A DNA stretch of 64,000 bases, from positions 57,468 through 121,467 of the forward strand of contig CACJNU010000001.1 of the NCBI GenBank assembly GCA_902594875.1. Reading direction: 5' to 3'. Under the pieces are notes generated by a model. It ran no database searches. It was not told the origin of the DNA and worked only from the letters and a program-made list of their open reading frames with translations. This document shows positions 29,520 through 41,907 of this stretch, piece by piece. The position numbers and the translations under genes are program-made. Every line of letters begins with the position of its first letter. Position 1 is the stretch's first letter. The stretch is from an uncultured Prochlorococcus sp. GTDB lineage: Bacteria; Cyanobacteriota; Cyanobacteriia; PCC-6307; Cyanobiaceae.

Positions 29520-31226
29520 CTATAATTTTTTAATCAATTGTTTTTCACATAATTCTTTATAAATTCCAGGTTTATTTATTAAATCAATGTGTTTCCCAAC
29601 TTCAATAATTTCACCTTTATCGAAAACAACTATTTTACTAGCCTCTTGAGTAGTGGCTAATCTATGAGCAATTACAATAACTGTTCTACCTTTCATAGCT
29701 CTATTAAGACCTTTTTGTACTTCAGATTCTGATTCTGCATCCAACGCACTTGTGGCCTCGTCTAAAAGAAGAATTGATGGGTTCCCAAGTATTGCCCTTG
29801 CAATTGCTATTCTCTGGATCTGACCACCCGAGAAATTTGATCCTCTTTCAGTAATCTCAGTTTCATATTTGTCAGGAAGCTTTTGAATGAAGTTGTGAGC
29901 GTTTGCTTTTATTGCTGATTCTATAACTTCTTCTTTGGTGAAATTTCTGCCCATTCTTATTACATCAATAATTGTTCCTGAAAACAAGAAAGGTTGTTGT
30001 TGTACTAGAGCAATGTTTTTTCTAATATCTTTTGTATTTAAAATTTTGAGATTTTTATCATCTATAAAAATGTCTCCATTATTTGGAGTTATAAACTTTA
30101 ATATCAATGCCAGCATTGTACTTTTGCCAGCTCCAGATGCTCCAACAAAAGCTGTCACTTCACCTTTTTTAATTTCTAAATTGATATTTTTAAGAACCTG
30201 ATTATCTTTTTTGTAAGCGAAATTTACTTTCTTGAAAATTATTTTGCCTTCAAAATTGGAGATTTTTCGTAAATTCACTTTATCATCTTCGACAGGTTCT
30301 TGATTTATGTTTTTCAACCTTTTTATTGAAGCTTCTGCCTGTTTATAGTCATTAAAATTTGTACTTACATGGCTTATTGGATCAATAAGCATTAATATTG
30401 CAGCAAAAAAACTACTAAATTCTTCGCTTGTTAGAAGTCCTAGATTGATTCTTGCGGCTCCTAAACCTAATATGGCTAATATTCCAAATGCTTCAACAAA
30501 TCCTACAACTGGATGTTGAAATGCTAGTAGTTTTAATGTTTTATATTTTGCTTTTTTATTCGTACTTAATCTTTTATAAAATCTTTTTTCAATCCAATTT
30601 TCTGCAGCAAAAGCTCTTATCGTTGACATTCCATTTATAGATTCACCTATTAAACCTGCTAAATTACTTGTTGATTCTTGACTTTTTTCGGATGCTATTA
30701 AAACTTTTCTTCCAAAACTGTTTACTGAAAGAATGATCAAAGGTGCTAAAACAAATGTTGATACTGTTAGTGACCAGTCTAAATAAAACATGTAGATTAT
30801 TACCGCTAACAACTGTAAAGTGCATGGAATAGTATCTTGAGCTGTTTTATAAATAACTTCGCTTACCCTGTCGGCATCTTCTGTAAGTCTATATGTGATG
30901 TCCCCGGCCGAAATATTTTCAACAGAATTCATCTTTATTTTTTGAATTCTGCTAAATAAATTTCCTCTCATCACTTCACTAATTTCTAAAGATGGTTTTG
31001 CTATGAATACATCCTGTCCAAATTGAGCAGTTTTCTGAACTAAAAAAATAAATAAAGACTTAACTATTATGCTAGAAACTTTTGAGAGATCACCTGACCC
31101 AATGGCTGGGATTAAGTTTCCAGCTAAATAAGCTAATAAAGGCCAACAAGCTACATAAATAAGCATGCATATAAAACCCTTGATAAACCTATTTGAATAT
31201 TGTCTGACTGGTGGTATTAGTCTCAA
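29520..31226 (-). CDS. ABC exporter, fused permease/ATPase (MsbA-like)
   Basis: N-terminal TM domain; GASGAGKST, FSGGQ, LLLDEATSALD and IAHRL. Confidence 0.93.
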   Translation of the reverse strand: MRLIPPVRQYSNRFIKGFICMLIYVACWPLLAYLAGNLIPAIGSGDLSKVSSIIVKSLFIFLVQKTAQFGQDVFIAKPSLEISEVMRGNLFSRIQKIKMNSVENISAGDITYRLTEDADRVSEVIYKTAQDTIPCTLQLLAVIIYMFYLDWSLTVSTFVLAPLIILSVNSFGRKVLIASEKSQESTSNLAGLIGESINGMSTIRAFAAENWIEKRFYKRLSTNKKAKYKTLKLLAFQHPVVGFVEAFGILAILGLGAARINLGLLTSEEFSSFFAAILMLIDPISHVSTNFNDYKQAEASIKRLKNINQEPVEDDKVNLRKISNFEGKIIFKKVNFAYKKDNQVLKNINLEIKKGEVTAFVGASGAGKSTMLALILKFITPNNGDIFIDDKNLKILNTKDIRKNIALVQQQPFLFSGTIIDVIRMGRNFTKEEVIESAIKANAHNFIQKLPDKYETEITERGSNFSGGQIQRIAIARAILGNPSILLLDEATSALDAESESEVQKGLNRAMKGRTVIVIAHRLATTQEASKIVVFDKGEIIEVGKHIDLINKPGIYKELCEKQLIKKL

Positions 31227-31284
31227 GATATTATATATTTGATTGTTTATCCTACTTTATCAATATCTTTGGGTATAAAAAACA

Positions 31285-31461
31285 ATGAAATTGGATCAAT
31301 TCTTAAAATGGAAAAATCTGGTATCTTCTGGTGGTGAAGCAAAAATTATCATTAAATCCGGATCAGTTAAGGTAAATGGTGTAATTGAGACTAGGAGAGG
31401 AAGGAAGTTAAACAAGGGAGATAAAGTAATATTTCTAAAAAATGAATTAATTTTTGAATAG
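31285..31461 (+). CDS. S4-domain RNA-binding protein (YaaA/YbcJ-like, 58 aa)
   Basis: Hand translation MKLDQFLKWKNLVSSGGEAKIIIKSGSVKVNGVIETRRGRKLNKGDKVIFLKNELIFE; missed by the ORF track. Confidence 0.93.
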   Translation: MKLDQFLKWKNLVSSGGEAKIIIKSGSVKVNGVIETRRGRKLNKGDKVIFLKNELIFE

Positions 31462-31513
31462 TTAGCTTATTAAGCTCGCTTTGTATTAGTATATTTTTCT
31501 TGGAGATAGTATT

Positions 31514-32239
31514 TTGAGAAAATCTGTAATTGCTGGTAATTGGAAAATGCACATGACTTGTGCTGAAGCTAAGTCTTATTTAAAAGAGTTTATTCCTTTA
31601 ATAAAAAACATAAAAGAAGATCGTAAAGTTGTTATTGCTCCTCCTTTTACAGCTATTTCAACCTTTTCTGATCATTCTGATTTTGATTATATAGATATTT
31701 CTAGTCAAAATATTCATTGGGAAGATCAAGGAGCATTTACAGCAGAAATATCTCCAAAAATGCTTCTTGAACATGGTGTCTCATATGCAATTGTTGGACA
31801 TAGTGAACCAAGGAAATATTTTAGTGAAAGTGATGAACAAATTAATAAAAGAGCAGTTTTTGCTCAATCTAGTGGACTTACTCCGATAGTTTGTGTAGGA
31901 GAAACATTAGAACAAAGAGAGAGGGGAGAAGCTAATAGAGTTATTACTAGACAGGTTGAACAAGGTTTAGAAAATACAGATCCATCTAATTTAATTATTG
32001 CCTATGAACCAATATGGGCTATTGGCACTGGCAAAACATGTGAGGCAGAAGACGCTAATAAGATATGTTCTTTGATTCGTAAATTAATTGGTTTTGATGA
32101 TGTAATTATTCAATATGGAGGATCTGTTAAACCTAATAATATCGATGAAATCATGTCAATGAGTGATATAGATGGGGTATTGGTCGGAGGGGCTTCATTA
32201 GATCCGAATAGTTTTGCGAGAATTGCAAATTATCAATAA
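31514..32239 (+). CDS. tpiA: Triosephosphate isomerase
   Basis: [26 protein letters not shown] and LVGGASL. Confidence 0.98.
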   Translation: MRKSVIAGNWKMHMTCAEAKSYLKEFIPLIKNIKEDRKVVIAPPFTAISTFSDHSDFDYIDISSQNIHWEDQGAFTAEISPKMLLEHGVSYAIVGHSEPRKYFSESDEQINKRAVFAQSSGLTPIVCVGETLEQRERGEANRVITRQVEQGLENTDPSNLIIAYEPIWAIGTGKTCEAEDANKICSLIRKLIGFDDVIIQYGGSVKPNNIDEIMSMSDIDGVLVGGASLDPNSFARIANYQ

Positions 32240-33068
32240 GAAAAATCCATGGCCAAAAGGTTGGGGACAAAAAACTTCAATTATGGGAGTTATTAATTTA
32301 ACTCCTGATTCATTTAGTGATGGTGGGGAATTAAACTCTTCAAAAAAAGTTTTAGATCAAGTAAATCATTTCTTGAGCAATGGTGTTGATGTTATTGATC
32401 TTGGTGCTCAAAGTACGAGACCTGGGGCTGAAGAAGTTGGATCTAGTATAGAGATAAAAAGATTGATCCCATATTTAAAATTAATAAAATCTGAATTTCC
32501 AAATGTTTTAATTTCTATTGATACTTTTAATTCTGAAGTGGCTTACGAAGCTCTTTTAAGTGGTGCTAATTGGATAAATGATGTCACGGGAGGAAGAAGA
32601 GATACAAAAATTTTGGATGTTGTATCAAAATTCAAATGTCCATTCGTCATAACTCATAGTCGTGGTAATAGTCAAAATATGAACCGACTCTCTAATTACC
32701 AAAATGTATTGAGTGATGTTAAGTGCTCGCTTGATAATTTAATAAAGAGTGCTTTAGAAAAAAATATATCTGAAAGCAATATAATAGTAGATCCTGGAAT
32801 TGGTTTTTCAAAGGATATAATTCATAATTTGGAAATCTTGAGGAACTTAGATGTATTTAAAAAATGGAATTTGCCAATTTTGATAGGAGCATCTAGGAAG
32901 AGATTTATAGGAGAAATTTTGAATGAGAAAAATCCCAAAGAAAGAGATATAGGAACACTTGCAATAAGTTGTCTTTGTTCTCAATTTAATATTGACATTG
33001 TGAGGGTTCACAACGTCAAACTAAATCATCAAATCCTGAAAGTAGCAGATAAGATTTACAGAAAATAA
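32214..33068 (+). CDS. folP: Dihydropteroate synthase
   Basis: [31 protein letters not shown] and VRVHNV. Confidence 0.97.
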   Translation: MRELQIINKKNPWPKGWGQKTSIMGVINLTPDSFSDGGELNSSKKVLDQVNHFLSNGVDVIDLGAQSTRPGAEEVGSSIEIKRLIPYLKLIKSEFPNVLISIDTFNSEVAYEALLSGANWINDVTGGRRDTKILDVVSKFKCPFVITHSRGNSQNMNRLSNYQNVLSDVKCSLDNLIKSALEKNISESNIIVDPGIGFSKDIIHNLEILRNLDVFKKWNLPILIGASRKRFIGEILNEKNPKERDIGTLAISCLCSQFNIDIVRVHNVKLNHQILKVADKIYRK

Positions 33069-33076
33069 TAAATTTT

Positions 33077-36000
33077 TTATTCTTTAACTCCTTCGATTTT
33101 ATCCTCTACCTCTTGGTATAGTTCTTTCAACTGTTCAATATTCTCATCTGAAGTTTCCCAATATCCCCTTCCATTAACTTCTAGCAATGTTCCAACAATT
33201 CTTCTGAAACTATTAGGATTAAGATCCATTAATCTTTTCCTCATCTCTTCGTCATTTATAAATGTTTCATTAGTTTCTTCATAAACAAAATTATCTACTT
33301 GACCACTTGTCGCACTCCAACCAAGAGTGTAATTAAGTCTGTTAGAAAGTTCTCTAACTCCTTCATAACCAGACTTAAGCATACCTTCATACCACTTAGG
33401 ATTTAAAAGTTTTGTCCTTGAGTCTAATCTGATGGTTTCTCCAAGTGTTCTAACTTGAGCATTAGAAGTAGTAGTGTCTGCTATATAGCTACTTGGTTCT
33501 TTTCCATCATCTCTAAGTGTCTTAATCAATTTTGTTGGATCTGAATCAAAATAATGACTTACATCTGTTAATGAAATCTCTGAGGAATCAAGGTTTTGAA
33601 ATGTAACATCTGCTGTTTTCATTACTGACTCAAATACCTCTCTTTTTTGATTCATCTCACCTGGATTATCAGCATTAAAAGCATATGTTTTGCGTGATAA
33701 ATACATTTCTTGTAATTCATTTTCTTCCTCCCAAGTTGAGTTTTCGACAGCTAAATTAACATTTGAACTATAGCTTCCACTTGCGTTAGAGAATACTCTT
33801 GCTGAAGCTTCTCTGATAGAGGTACCTTCTTTTTCTGCTTGTTCTAGTGAATGTTTCCTTACAAAATTAGATTCCAATGGTTCATCAGCCTCAGCCGCTA
33901 ATTTGACCGCCTGATCTATTAATGCCATCTGATTTATGAATAAATCTCTAAAAACTCCTGAGCAGTTAACGACTACATCTATTCTTGGCCTACCTAATTC
34001 TTCTAAAGGGATTAGTTCTAATTTGTTGATTCTTCCTACAGAATCTGGTTTTGGTTTTACACCAACAAACCATAAGATTTGAGCAAGTGATTCTCCATAA
34101 GTTTTGATGTTATCAGTACCCCATAAAACACATGCAATTGTTTCAGGCCAGGTCCCTTGCTCTTCCTTTTGTCTCTCAATTAATTTATCAACAACCGACT
34201 TTGCAGCAGCTACTGCTGCGGTAGTAGGGATTGATTGTGGATCAAGTGCATGGATATTTTTACCACTGGGTAAAACACCTGGATTTCGAATAGGATCTCC
34301 ACCTGGTCCAGGTAAAACATAATTTCCATCTAATGCTTTAATGAGACTATCCATTTCTTTATCAGCACAGACCTGTTCCAAACAGAAAAGTAAGTAATCA
34401 AATAATTTATTTAATTCCTTCTGGTTAACTTCATTAAATCCATTTAAGTTACAGACCCTTAGCCAAGGGGTAGGTAAATTCAAACCAAATACTTTAAGAA
34501 AGTCAAACAATTTGGAAAGAAGTGATTTTTCTAAATAAACTCTGCCATCAACAATTTTTAAAGAGTTGACCATTGCAAAAATAGACTCTCTTGCTGTCTT
34601 TATGATTTTTTCATTTAGCTCTACAAATTTGAGTTCACCTTTATTATTACCATCATAAATTTGTTCAATATTCAGCCCCATTGACTCAGCTAGCAATCCA
34701 GGAAGAGATCTTAATCCCTCTTGCTCTCTCTCTAATGATGCAATATTTACAAGAGTTGCGACTGCTTCTTCTGCTGTTGGAGCTTCTCCAATAGTATGAA
34801 GACCGCAAGGTAATAATCTACTTTCAATTTCCATCAACTGTTTATAGATATTTCCAACAAATAAATCTCTTTCATCAATTGTTAGTTCTTCTACATCTTT
34901 TGAAGGGAGCTCAACATCTTTGTCAAGATTACATTGTTTAGAAGTCTCGACTATTGCATTAACTATTTGAATACCCCTACTATTTTCTCTTAATTGTTGA
35001 TAAGAACCAACAAGTTCGCTTAGTTCTTTAAGTCCTTTGTAGAGTCCCGCATTTTCTGCTGGAGGAGTTAGATAACTAATGGTTGAGGCGTAACCTCTTC
35101 TTTTCGCGATTGTTGCTTCAGAAGGATTATTAGCAGCATAGTAATACAAATTAGGCAATGATCCAATGAGAGAATCTGGATAACATGTTTCACTCATGCC
35201 CATCTGTTTACCAGGCATAAATTCGAGTGATCCGTGAGTTCCAAAATGAAGAACAGCATCAGCTCCCCAGATTTTTTCTACATAGGTGTAATAAGCGGCA
35301 AAACCATGATGAGGACTGGCACTTCTTGAATAAAGTAACCTCATCGGATCGCCTTCGTAACCGAATGTAGGTTGTACACCTATAAAAACATTTCCAAAAT
35401 GTTTTCCGTAAATAAGTAAATTTTGCCCGTCACTATTTAGGATTCCAGGAGGTTTACCCCAATTCTCTTCAAGTCTTTGTGAATATGGTGTGAACTCTTC
35501 GTATTCTTTTACTGACATTTTATGAGCAATATTTAACTCGGGAGAGCCGTCCATTGCTTCAGGGTTATTAATTACTTTTTCCATTAATTCTTTTGAATTA
35601 CTTGGAAGTTCATCTATTTGATATCCTTTCGATTTCATTTCAAGGAGTACTCTATAAATTGAACCGAAAACATTTAAGTATGCTGCAGTACCTACATTTC
35701 CTTTATCTGGTGGGAAACTAAATACTGTAATGGCTAATTTCTTATCCTTTCTTTGTTTAACTCTTAAAGTTGACCATTTTATTGCTCTTTCGGCTATGAC
35801 ATCAACTCTATCTTGGAGCGTATGTGCCTTACCTGTAGCATCATCACGACCTGAGAGAATAATAGGTTCAATGGCACCATCAAGCTCTGGAATGGCAATT
35901 TGAAGTGCTACCTGTACAGGGTGTAAACCTAGATCACTATCTTCCCATTCTTGTGTTGTTTGGAAGACTAATGGAAGTGCAACCATATATGGTCTGTTTA

Positions 36001-37087
36001 ACCTTTTTAAGGCTTCAATAGCTTTAGGGTGATCTTGTCTTGCAGGCCCACCAACTAGTGCAAATCCTGTTAGAGATACAACTCCATCCACTATAGGTTG
36101 ATCCTTATTTATGGAATCATAATAAAATTCATTAACTGGTTTAGAAAAATCTAGACCTCCACAGAAGATAGGTAGAACTCTCGCACCTCTATATTCCAAT
36201 TCTTGAATAACAGCAACGTAATGTGCATCATCTCCCGTAACTATATGACTCCTTTGAAGTACTAAGCCAATTGTTGGAGTTTTGTCATCTTTAGGATTTA
36301 TATCTTTCCTATTATTTTCCCAATTTTGATATTCTTTAAGACTTTCAAACATGCAAGGAGCGAGAGGATGCCAAATGCCTAAATCTGGGAAAGTTTCAGG
36401 GTCTTGAATTTTGAATTCCTCTATTTGATCTTTTATGATCTCTGAAACTGCATACTTCTCAGAAATCATTAACAAGAAGTTTTTTAAGTTCTCAGTGGTA
36501 CCGCCCAACCAGTATTGAAAACTAAGAATAAATGTTCTAGCATCTTGAGCTTTTTCTACTGGTAGATATTTAAGTATTGAAGGCAGCGTATTTAATAATT
36601 TCAACATTGAATCTTGGAAACTTGCTCCATCAGATTCTTTTTTCTTTTTTATTAAATCTCCAATAATACTTTTAGATTGGCCAAGTTGGGCCATACTAAA
36701 TGAACCTAGCTTATTTAATCTCATTACCTCTGGCATGGAGGGGAAAACTATTGATGCTTTAAGTTTGTCTTTAAATGGAGATACTGCATCAACAACCTTT
36801 TGAGCAAGGTCTTCAATGAATATTAATGAAGCAACGAATATATCGGCATTGGCTATATCTTCTTTAAAATCTTTAAAATTACTATCATTCCTAAGTTCCT
36901 CGATAAGATAGCCGCTAAGGTCTATGCCTATTGGCCCATTCATCTTATTTATCGACTTTGCAGCTTCCGTTAAGGAATTTTGGTATTGTGGCTCAAGGAC
37001 AACATAAACTGCTTTAATTACAACTTTGTGTTTGTTATCCTCAACAGGAGATACTCTGCGGTTTGCTGAGCGGACCTGCGTAAACAT
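33077..37087 (-). CDS. chlH: Magnesium chelatase subunit H
   Basis: 1336 aa; [26 protein letters not shown] and [11 protein letters not shown]. Confidence 0.99.
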   Translation of the reverse strand: MFTQVRSANRRVSPVEDNKHKVVIKAVYVVLEPQYQNSLTEAAKSINKMNGPIGIDLSGYLIEELRNDSNFKDFKEDIANADIFVASLIFIEDLAQKVVDAVSPFKDKLKASIVFPSMPEVMRLNKLGSFSMAQLGQSKSIIGDLIKKKKESDGASFQDSMLKLLNTLPSILKYLPVEKAQDARTFILSFQYWLGGTTENLKNFLLMISEKYAVSEIIKDQIEEFKIQDPETFPDLGIWHPLAPCMFESLKEYQNWENNRKDINPKDDKTPTIGLVLQRSHIVTGDDAHYVAVIQELEYRGARVLPIFCGGLDFSKPVNEFYYDSINKDQPIVDGVVSLTGFALVGGPARQDHPKAIEALKRLNRPYMVALPLVFQTTQEWEDSDLGLHPVQVALQIAIPELDGAIEPIILSGRDDATGKAHTLQDRVDVIAERAIKWSTLRVKQRKDKKLAITVFSFPPDKGNVGTAAYLNVFGSIYRVLLEMKSKGYQIDELPSNSKELMEKVINNPEAMDGSPELNIAHKMSVKEYEEFTPYSQRLEENWGKPPGILNSDGQNLLIYGKHFGNVFIGVQPTFGYEGDPMRLLYSRSASPHHGFAAYYTYVEKIWGADAVLHFGTHGSLEFMPGKQMGMSETCYPDSLIGSLPNLYYYAANNPSEATIAKRRGYASTISYLTPPAENAGLYKGLKELSELVGSYQQLRENSRGIQIVNAIVETSKQCNLDKDVELPSKDVEELTIDERDLFVGNIYKQLMEIESRLLPCGLHTIGEAPTAEEAVATLVNIASLEREQEGLRSLPGLLAESMGLNIEQIYDGNNKGELKFVELNEKIIKTARESIFAMVNSLKIVDGRVYLEKSLLSKLFDFLKVFGLNLPTPWLRVCNLNGFNEVNQKELNKLFDYLLFCLEQVCADKEMDSLIKALDGNYVLPGPGGDPIRNPGVLPSGKNIHALDPQSIPTTAAVAAAKSVVDKLIERQKEEQGTWPETIACVLWGTDNIKTYGESLAQILWFVGVKPKPDSVGRINKLELIPLEELGRPRIDVVVNCSGVFRDLFINQMALIDQAVKLAAEADEPLESNFVRKHSLEQAEKEGTSIREASARVFSNASGSYSSNVNLAVENSTWEEENELQEMYLSRKTYAFNADNPGEMNQKREVFESVMKTADVTFQNLDSSEISLTDVSHYFDSDPTKLIKTLRDDGKEPSSYIADTTTSNAQVRTLGETIRLDSRTKLLNPKWYEGMLKSGYEGVRELSNRLNYTLGWSATSGQVDNFVYEETNETFINDEEMRKRLMDLNPNSFRRIVGTLLEVNGRGYWETSDENIEQLKELYQEVEDKIEGVKE

Positions 37088-37189
37088 TGATTTTCTTTAA
37101 GTATTTCTACCAGCCTACGAATGAAAAGACGTTATTGTGTGCAATATAAATAGCGTGTAACAACCTTTAAAAAAAGAAATTTTTAAAAA

Positions 37190-38038
37190 ATGATTGAAAA
37201 TTCAAAAAAACCTATACCAGTACTAGTATCCGGAGCTTTAGGCAGAATGGGTAGCGAGGTTGTTAATACTGTATTAAATTCTACAGATTGTGAACTTGTT
37301 GCAGCAATCGACATTAACGAAAAGAACAATGGCTCAAATATTTCTGAATTATTGAAGGTAAAAAATTGTGATGTTTTTGTTTCAAATGATTTTGAAGGGA
37401 CTTTATGTTCCGTTAGTCAAAACTACAGAAATGAAAAAATCAAACCTGTTTTGGTTGATTTTACTCATCCTGATTCTGTATATGAAAATACCAGATCAGC
37501 TATAGCATATGGGGTATCACCAGTAGTAGGAACTACAGGTCTAAGCCCTTCGCAAATAAAAGATTTGTCTGTTTTTGCTCAGAAAGCATCGGTTGGTTGT
37601 GCAATAATTCCTAATTTTTCAGTAGGTATGGTTCTTCTTCAGCAGGCGGCATCTGTAGCAGCAAGGTTTTACGACAATATTGAATTAATTGAGATGCATC
37701 ATAATCAGAAAGCTGATTCTCCTAGTGGGACGTGTATAAAAACTGCAGAAATGATTGAAGAATATCCAAAGAAATTTAATCAGAATTTAGTAAAAGAATC
37801 TGAGTCATTGAAAGGTGTACGGGGTGGGCTCAGAGATTCAGGAATTAATATACATTCTGTACGATTACCAGGATTACTCGCTCATCAGTTAGTAATTATG
37901 GGATCTCCCGGTGAAACTTACACAATTAAACATGACACTATTGATAGAAAGGCATATATGCCAGGAGTTTTACAGGCTATTAAAAAAATTGGTAATTATG
38001 AAACTTTAGTTTACGGACTTGAAAAATTGATTTTTTAA
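37190..38038 (+). CDS. dapB: 4-hydroxy-tetrahydrodipicolinate reductase
   Basis: GALGRMG, VGTTG and [14 protein letters not shown]. Confidence 0.98.
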   Translation: MIENSKKPIPVLVSGALGRMGSEVVNTVLNSTDCELVAAIDINEKNNGSNISELLKVKNCDVFVSNDFEGTLCSVSQNYRNEKIKPVLVDFTHPDSVYENTRSAIAYGVSPVVGTTGLSPSQIKDLSVFAQKASVGCAIIPNFSVGMVLLQQAASVAARFYDNIELIEMHHNQKADSPSGTCIKTAEMIEEYPKKFNQNLVKESESLKGVRGGLRDSGINIHSVRLPGLLAHQLVIMGSPGETYTIKHDTIDRKAYMPGVLQAIKKIGNYETLVYGLEKLIF

Positions 38039-38039
38039 A

Positions 38040-38681
38040 ATGATAATTCCAATTAATTCAAATCAAATTTCAAAACTTATTCCTGCAGTTGGTACAGGAA
38101 GTCAATTTAAGTACGCGTTGGGGAATCCGAGAAAAATTCTTCAAAGAGTAATAATTTCCTCAATTGGCGGATTTATCTCATTAATTATTAGTTCGACTGG
38201 AGATCAAACCAATAATTTCTGGTTATTCCTATGTGTAGGTTTCTTTTTATATATAATCTGGGGCCCAATTCTTGAATCAAGTAGAAAAAATTTGAAATTA
38301 AGAAAATATAAATTTTTTTCTATATTTGATGGCTATGTATCAGATATCTATAAAACAGAAAAAATTGAAAGTTCAAGAGAACAATCTAATAGGCAAGGTC
38401 GATTAGAAGTTATAGAAAATAAAAGGACTTGGTTAGTACTTGAATTAGAAGATGAAGATGGTTATTTGGAAAAATTAAGTTTTCCTATGGAAAATAAGCA
38501 CAGTCAAATTAGGCTGGGTTCGAGTATTAGATGTTTAATAACATCTGATAACCGTAATTTTGACAGAGATTTTTATTTGACCGATGCCTGGCTTCCTGAA
38601 ATTAACTTATGGGTTGGTGAGTACCCTTATTTATTGAGACCGGCATTTGAGGAAATTTGCTATATTTACCTGAATAGATAG
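38040..38681 (+). CDS. Conserved cyanobacterial membrane protein
   Basis: LIPAVGTGSQF, IWGPI and WVGEYPYL; 1 nt after dapB. Confidence 0.8.
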   Translation: MIIPINSNQISKLIPAVGTGSQFKYALGNPRKILQRVIISSIGGFISLIISSTGDQTNNFWLFLCVGFFLYIIWGPILESSRKNLKLRKYKFFSIFDGYVSDIYKTEKIESSREQSNRQGRLEVIENKRTWLVLELEDEDGYLEKLSFPMENKHSQIRLGSSIRCLITSDNRNFDRDFYLTDAWLPEINLWVGEYPYLLRPAFEEICYIYLNR

Positions 38682-38700
38682 TTGATGCTTATACAATCTG

Positions 38701-39855
38701 ATGAAAAATAAATTCAATTTTAAAATTGTTGGATCTGGTCCCACAGGTTTATTACTCTCAATTGCACTCTCAAAATTTGATTGCAATATTTTTTTAACTG
38801 ATTTATTAACAAAAGATAGATTAATTGATAAAGATAAAACTTATGCAATTACTCACTCAACAAGAAAAATCTTATCTAAATTCAGAATTTGGGAAAAATT
38901 AGAACCTTTTTTATTTGGCTTTGATACCCTTTCAATTTCAGATAGCGTAACTTCTGCTTTTACCAATTTATCAACTTCTGACTTAGATGATGATATAAGT
39001 TCTGCTGAAAATATTGGCTGGGTAGTTAAACATTCCGATCTCATGAATGTATTTTTTCAAGAGATTGATAATTATGAAAATATCTTTTTTATAACACCAC
39101 AGAAATTATTACGTAAAAAAATATTATTTGATTATCAATTCTTTTCAACAGGAGCAAACTCACTTGATAAAAAATTCTTTGATTTTGTTGATATAAAAAA
39201 ATCTTATAGTCAGTCTTGTTTAACTTTTAAAGTTTCTCTTAGAGGTCATTGTGAAAAGCGTGCTTATGAAATTTTTAGAAAAGAAGGCCCACTTGCATTA
39301 TTACCTTTAGAAAAAAACATATATCAAGTAATTTGGACTTCCAGTACATTAAAGGCAATTGAAAGGTTAAATTCTGATAAGAATTTTTTAATGGATAATT
39401 TATCAACAATCTTGCCTGATGAATTTAAGTTGGACCAAATAATTGGCGAATTTAATATTTTTCCTGTTTCATTATCCTTAAATTTACCAGTTTTAAATTT
39501 TAAAAAATTAGTTTTTGTAGGAGATGCATTTCATACATTTCATCCTGTTGGTGGTCAGGGTCTAAATACTTGTTGGAGAGATGTTAACACTATTTATGAT
39601 CTTTTTAATAAAAATAATGCTATTACTAAAATGCAATTGATATTATTTAAATTTAAGTATTTTTCAAGCAGAATTTTAGATATTATCGTCACTATTTTTA
39701 TTACTGACTCATTGATATCAATTTTTGCTAATAGAAACGTTTTTTTATTTCCAATTAGGAAATTTTCATTTTTACTTTTAAATAAATTTCTTTTTACAAG
39801 AAGATTAGTCCTAAATCAAATGACTAAATCTCTCATTTACTCAAGTATCAAATAG
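38701..39855 (+). CDS. UbiH/COQ6-like FAD-dependent monooxygenase
   Basis: IVGSGPTG, GPLALLP and GDAFHTFHPVGGQGLN. Confidence 0.88.
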   Translation: MKNKFNFKIVGSGPTGLLLSIALSKFDCNIFLTDLLTKDRLIDKDKTYAITHSTRKILSKFRIWEKLEPFLFGFDTLSISDSVTSAFTNLSTSDLDDDISSAENIGWVVKHSDLMNVFFQEIDNYENIFFITPQKLLRKKILFDYQFFSTGANSLDKKFFDFVDIKKSYSQSCLTFKVSLRGHCEKRAYEIFRKEGPLALLPLEKNIYQVIWTSSTLKAIERLNSDKNFLMDNLSTILPDEFKLDQIIGEFNIFPVSLSLNLPVLNFKKLVFVGDAFHTFHPVGGQGLNTCWRDVNTIYDLFNKNNAITKMQLILFKFKYFSSRILDIIVTIFITDSLISIFANRNVFLFPIRKFSFLLLNKFLFTRRLVLNQMTKSLIYSSIK

Positions 39856-39860
39856 AATTC

Positions 39861-40058
39861 ATGAATAATTATTTTTCTAAAGAAATGATAATTTATTTAT
39901 TTAATGTATTAGGTTTAGATGAATCTACTATTGAACTTGGTATAAAATTATCTATTAAAAATAACACTCCATTACCAATATTATTATGGAGTTATGGAAT
40001 GCTAACTATTGAAGAACTAGATAAGTTATATTCATTTTTATTTCAAAAAATGGATTAA
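39861..40058 (+). CDS. DUF2949 family protein
   Basis: PLPILLWSYGMLTIEELD. Confidence 0.85.
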   Translation: MNNYFSKEMIIYLFNVLGLDESTIELGIKLSIKNNTPLPILLWSYGMLTIEELDKLYSFLFQKMD

Positions 40059-40097
40059 TAATTCTGTTATAATTTGTCCATGTTTTAATAAAGAACA

Positions 40098-40622
40098 ATT
40101 ACAGTTTTAACCAGAGGAAATCAGGTATCAAGAAAATCTATAGAGAAGCTTGATTTATTATTATTAATACTTGAAACTATTGACTTAAATGGTATCCAAT
40201 CACTTTACGCCTTATCAAATAGACTTAATCTAAATAATGTATTACCAAATAAAGTGACTATTTGGAAATTAAGGAACAATAATCCACTGAGAAAATCATA
40301 TGTTACAAACAATATTAAACATAACGAATTTAATGCCTTAATAAGAATTACAGTTGAAATGTCTAAATATTTATATCCTTATATCAGAGAGATACTGAAA
40401 TCTAAGGAGGATATTAAAGAGAATTCAGTTATTTGGAATGATTTTAATGAGAGATTTATTGAGTTGATTAAAGAGAGATTTAATATAGATAGTATGAGAG
40501 TTAAAAAGCTTTTAAATCGAGATGAAAATGATGAGATTATCATAAAATCTTTGCTTATTTTATCTTTTTGCATTTCAAATCAGGGTTATCAAAAGTTGAG
40601 GAATTTTTTATACGATTTTTAA
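40098..40622 (+). CDS. DUF3038 family protein; true start probably upstream of the 40254 GTG
   Basis: Frame is open from 40092 and encodes KLDLLLLILETIDLNG...WKLRNNNPLRK. The only candidate starts before that block are non-canonical (e.g. ATT at 40098). Confidence 0.65.
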   Translation: MTVLTRGNQVSRKSIEKLDLLLLILETIDLNGIQSLYALSNRLNLNNVLPNKVTIWKLRNNNPLRKSYVTNNIKHNEFNALIRITVEMSKYLYPYIREILKSKEDIKENSVIWNDFNERFIELIKERFNIDSMRVKKLLNRDENDEIIIKSLLILSFCISNQGYQKLRNFLYDF

Positions 40623-40623
40623 T

Positions 40624-41214
40624 ATGATGCAAAATAAATTTTCATTTCATCAATCTTCAGTAAGTCTCGAAATAATCGGTTTGCCAGATTATTCCAACAA
40701 TGAAAATAAAGATCAAATATCTATAATTTCTCAATGGAAATTAACCATAGTTGATAAACCACTTATTGAGGGTAAAATTGAACATTTAGGGCCTATTATG
40801 GATGCATTTTATATTTATTCAAATCTTTTAATCAAAAACGAAATCCCAAAATATGAGTCTAAATTAATCGATATAAAAGCCGATAATCTCCACATACATA
40901 ATATTGTTCTCAAGAGCTCTAAACCAAATGTAAAGCCTTTAGTTTTAAAGATTGGTAATTCATTGCTTTCAGATACCATAAATTGTTTTGATCAGTTAAA
41001 TGAATCACCAAAAGTAAGAATAAAAAAAACTGATATAACTACTAACATTCCTAAAAAATTAAGATTTAGGTTAAATAAAAAAGTTAAATTTTTCAATTTC
41101 TTTATACCACCGTTTATGGCAATTTGCTCTTTAATTCTTTTCTCTTCTTATTTTATTTATTTTTATAGTCCTTTAGAAAATATAGAAAAAAAAGAACAAA
41201 TAAATCCAAAATAA
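40624..41214 (+). CDS. DUF4335 family protein
   Basis: FHQSSVSLEIIGLPD, IEGKIEHL, LSDTINCFDQ and a C-terminal TM; usual neighbour of DUF3038. Confidence 0.7.
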   Translation: MMQNKFSFHQSSVSLEIIGLPDYSNNENKDQISIISQWKLTIVDKPLIEGKIEHLGPIMDAFYIYSNLLIKNEIPKYESKLIDIKADNLHIHNIVLKSSKPNVKPLVLKIGNSLLSDTINCFDQLNESPKVRIKKTDITTNIPKKLRFRLNKKVKFFNFFIPPFMAICSLILFSSYFIYFYSPLENIEKKEQINPK

Positions 41215-41302
41215 TGACCCATTAGCATCTCAAATACAAACACGATACTATAGGTTAATTTCTTTTTAGAGTAATTTAAATTTATTCTTTGAGCTTTGAT
41301 GT

Positions 41303-41668
41303 ATGGCAGATTTAAACATCCCAAATTTGAATATTAAATCTGATAAATATATTTTTAAAAAAAAATTAAATTTAAGAAGAAAATCTAAAAAAAGACTATT
41401 TACTGAATCTTTCTCTTTGTTTATTTTTAGTCTTTTATTAGTTTATATAAATTATTTAATTCCTAATAAAGATTTGCTGCTACAAAACTTACCTACTACG
41501 ATTAATAAAATTTTTATATTATTAACTGATCTATTTTCATATCTCATTGAAATATTCTTGGTGATTTTTATCTTTTTCTCTTCTTTTACTGCTCTGATTT
41601 TAATGATAGGTTCTATTTATAGGTTATTTAGAATTTCTAAGAGAAAGTCAAAACAAATAAGTTATTAA
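41303..41668 (+). CDS. Hypothetical membrane protein
   Basis: MADLNIPNLN; basic N-terminus and 2 TMs. Confidence 0.7.
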   Translation: MADLNIPNLNIKSDKYIFKKKLNLRRKSKKRLFTESFSLFIFSLLLVYINYLIPNKDLLLQNLPTTINKIFILLTDLFSYLIEIFLVIFIFFSSFTALILMIGSIYRLFRISKRKSKQISY

Positions 41669-41673
41669 TAATT

Positions 41674-41835
41674 TCAAATAGGTTGCATTAGGCCACCACT
41701 TCCTGAATCTGAATCATCATCATCATTTTCTGTTTCTTCTCCAAATAATGCAAATACACCAAGTACAATAGATGAAAGAATAATTGATAAGGGTAAAATC
41801 GAAGTTTGGATTCCGACGTCTATATATTCACCCAT
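41674..41835 (-). CDS. Small single-TM protein with acidic tail (53 aa, ...FGEETENDDDDSDSGSGGLMQPI)
   Basis: Translated by hand; missed by the ORF track. Confidence 0.75.
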   Translation of the reverse strand: MGEYIDVGIQTSILPLSIILSSIVLGVFALFGEETENDDDDSDSGSGGLMQPI

Positions 41836-41907
41836 AAAATAAGAAAATTTTTATAAACCTAACCGATATCAAACATATTCGCGGATTTTAAATAATTATT
41901 TAATAAT

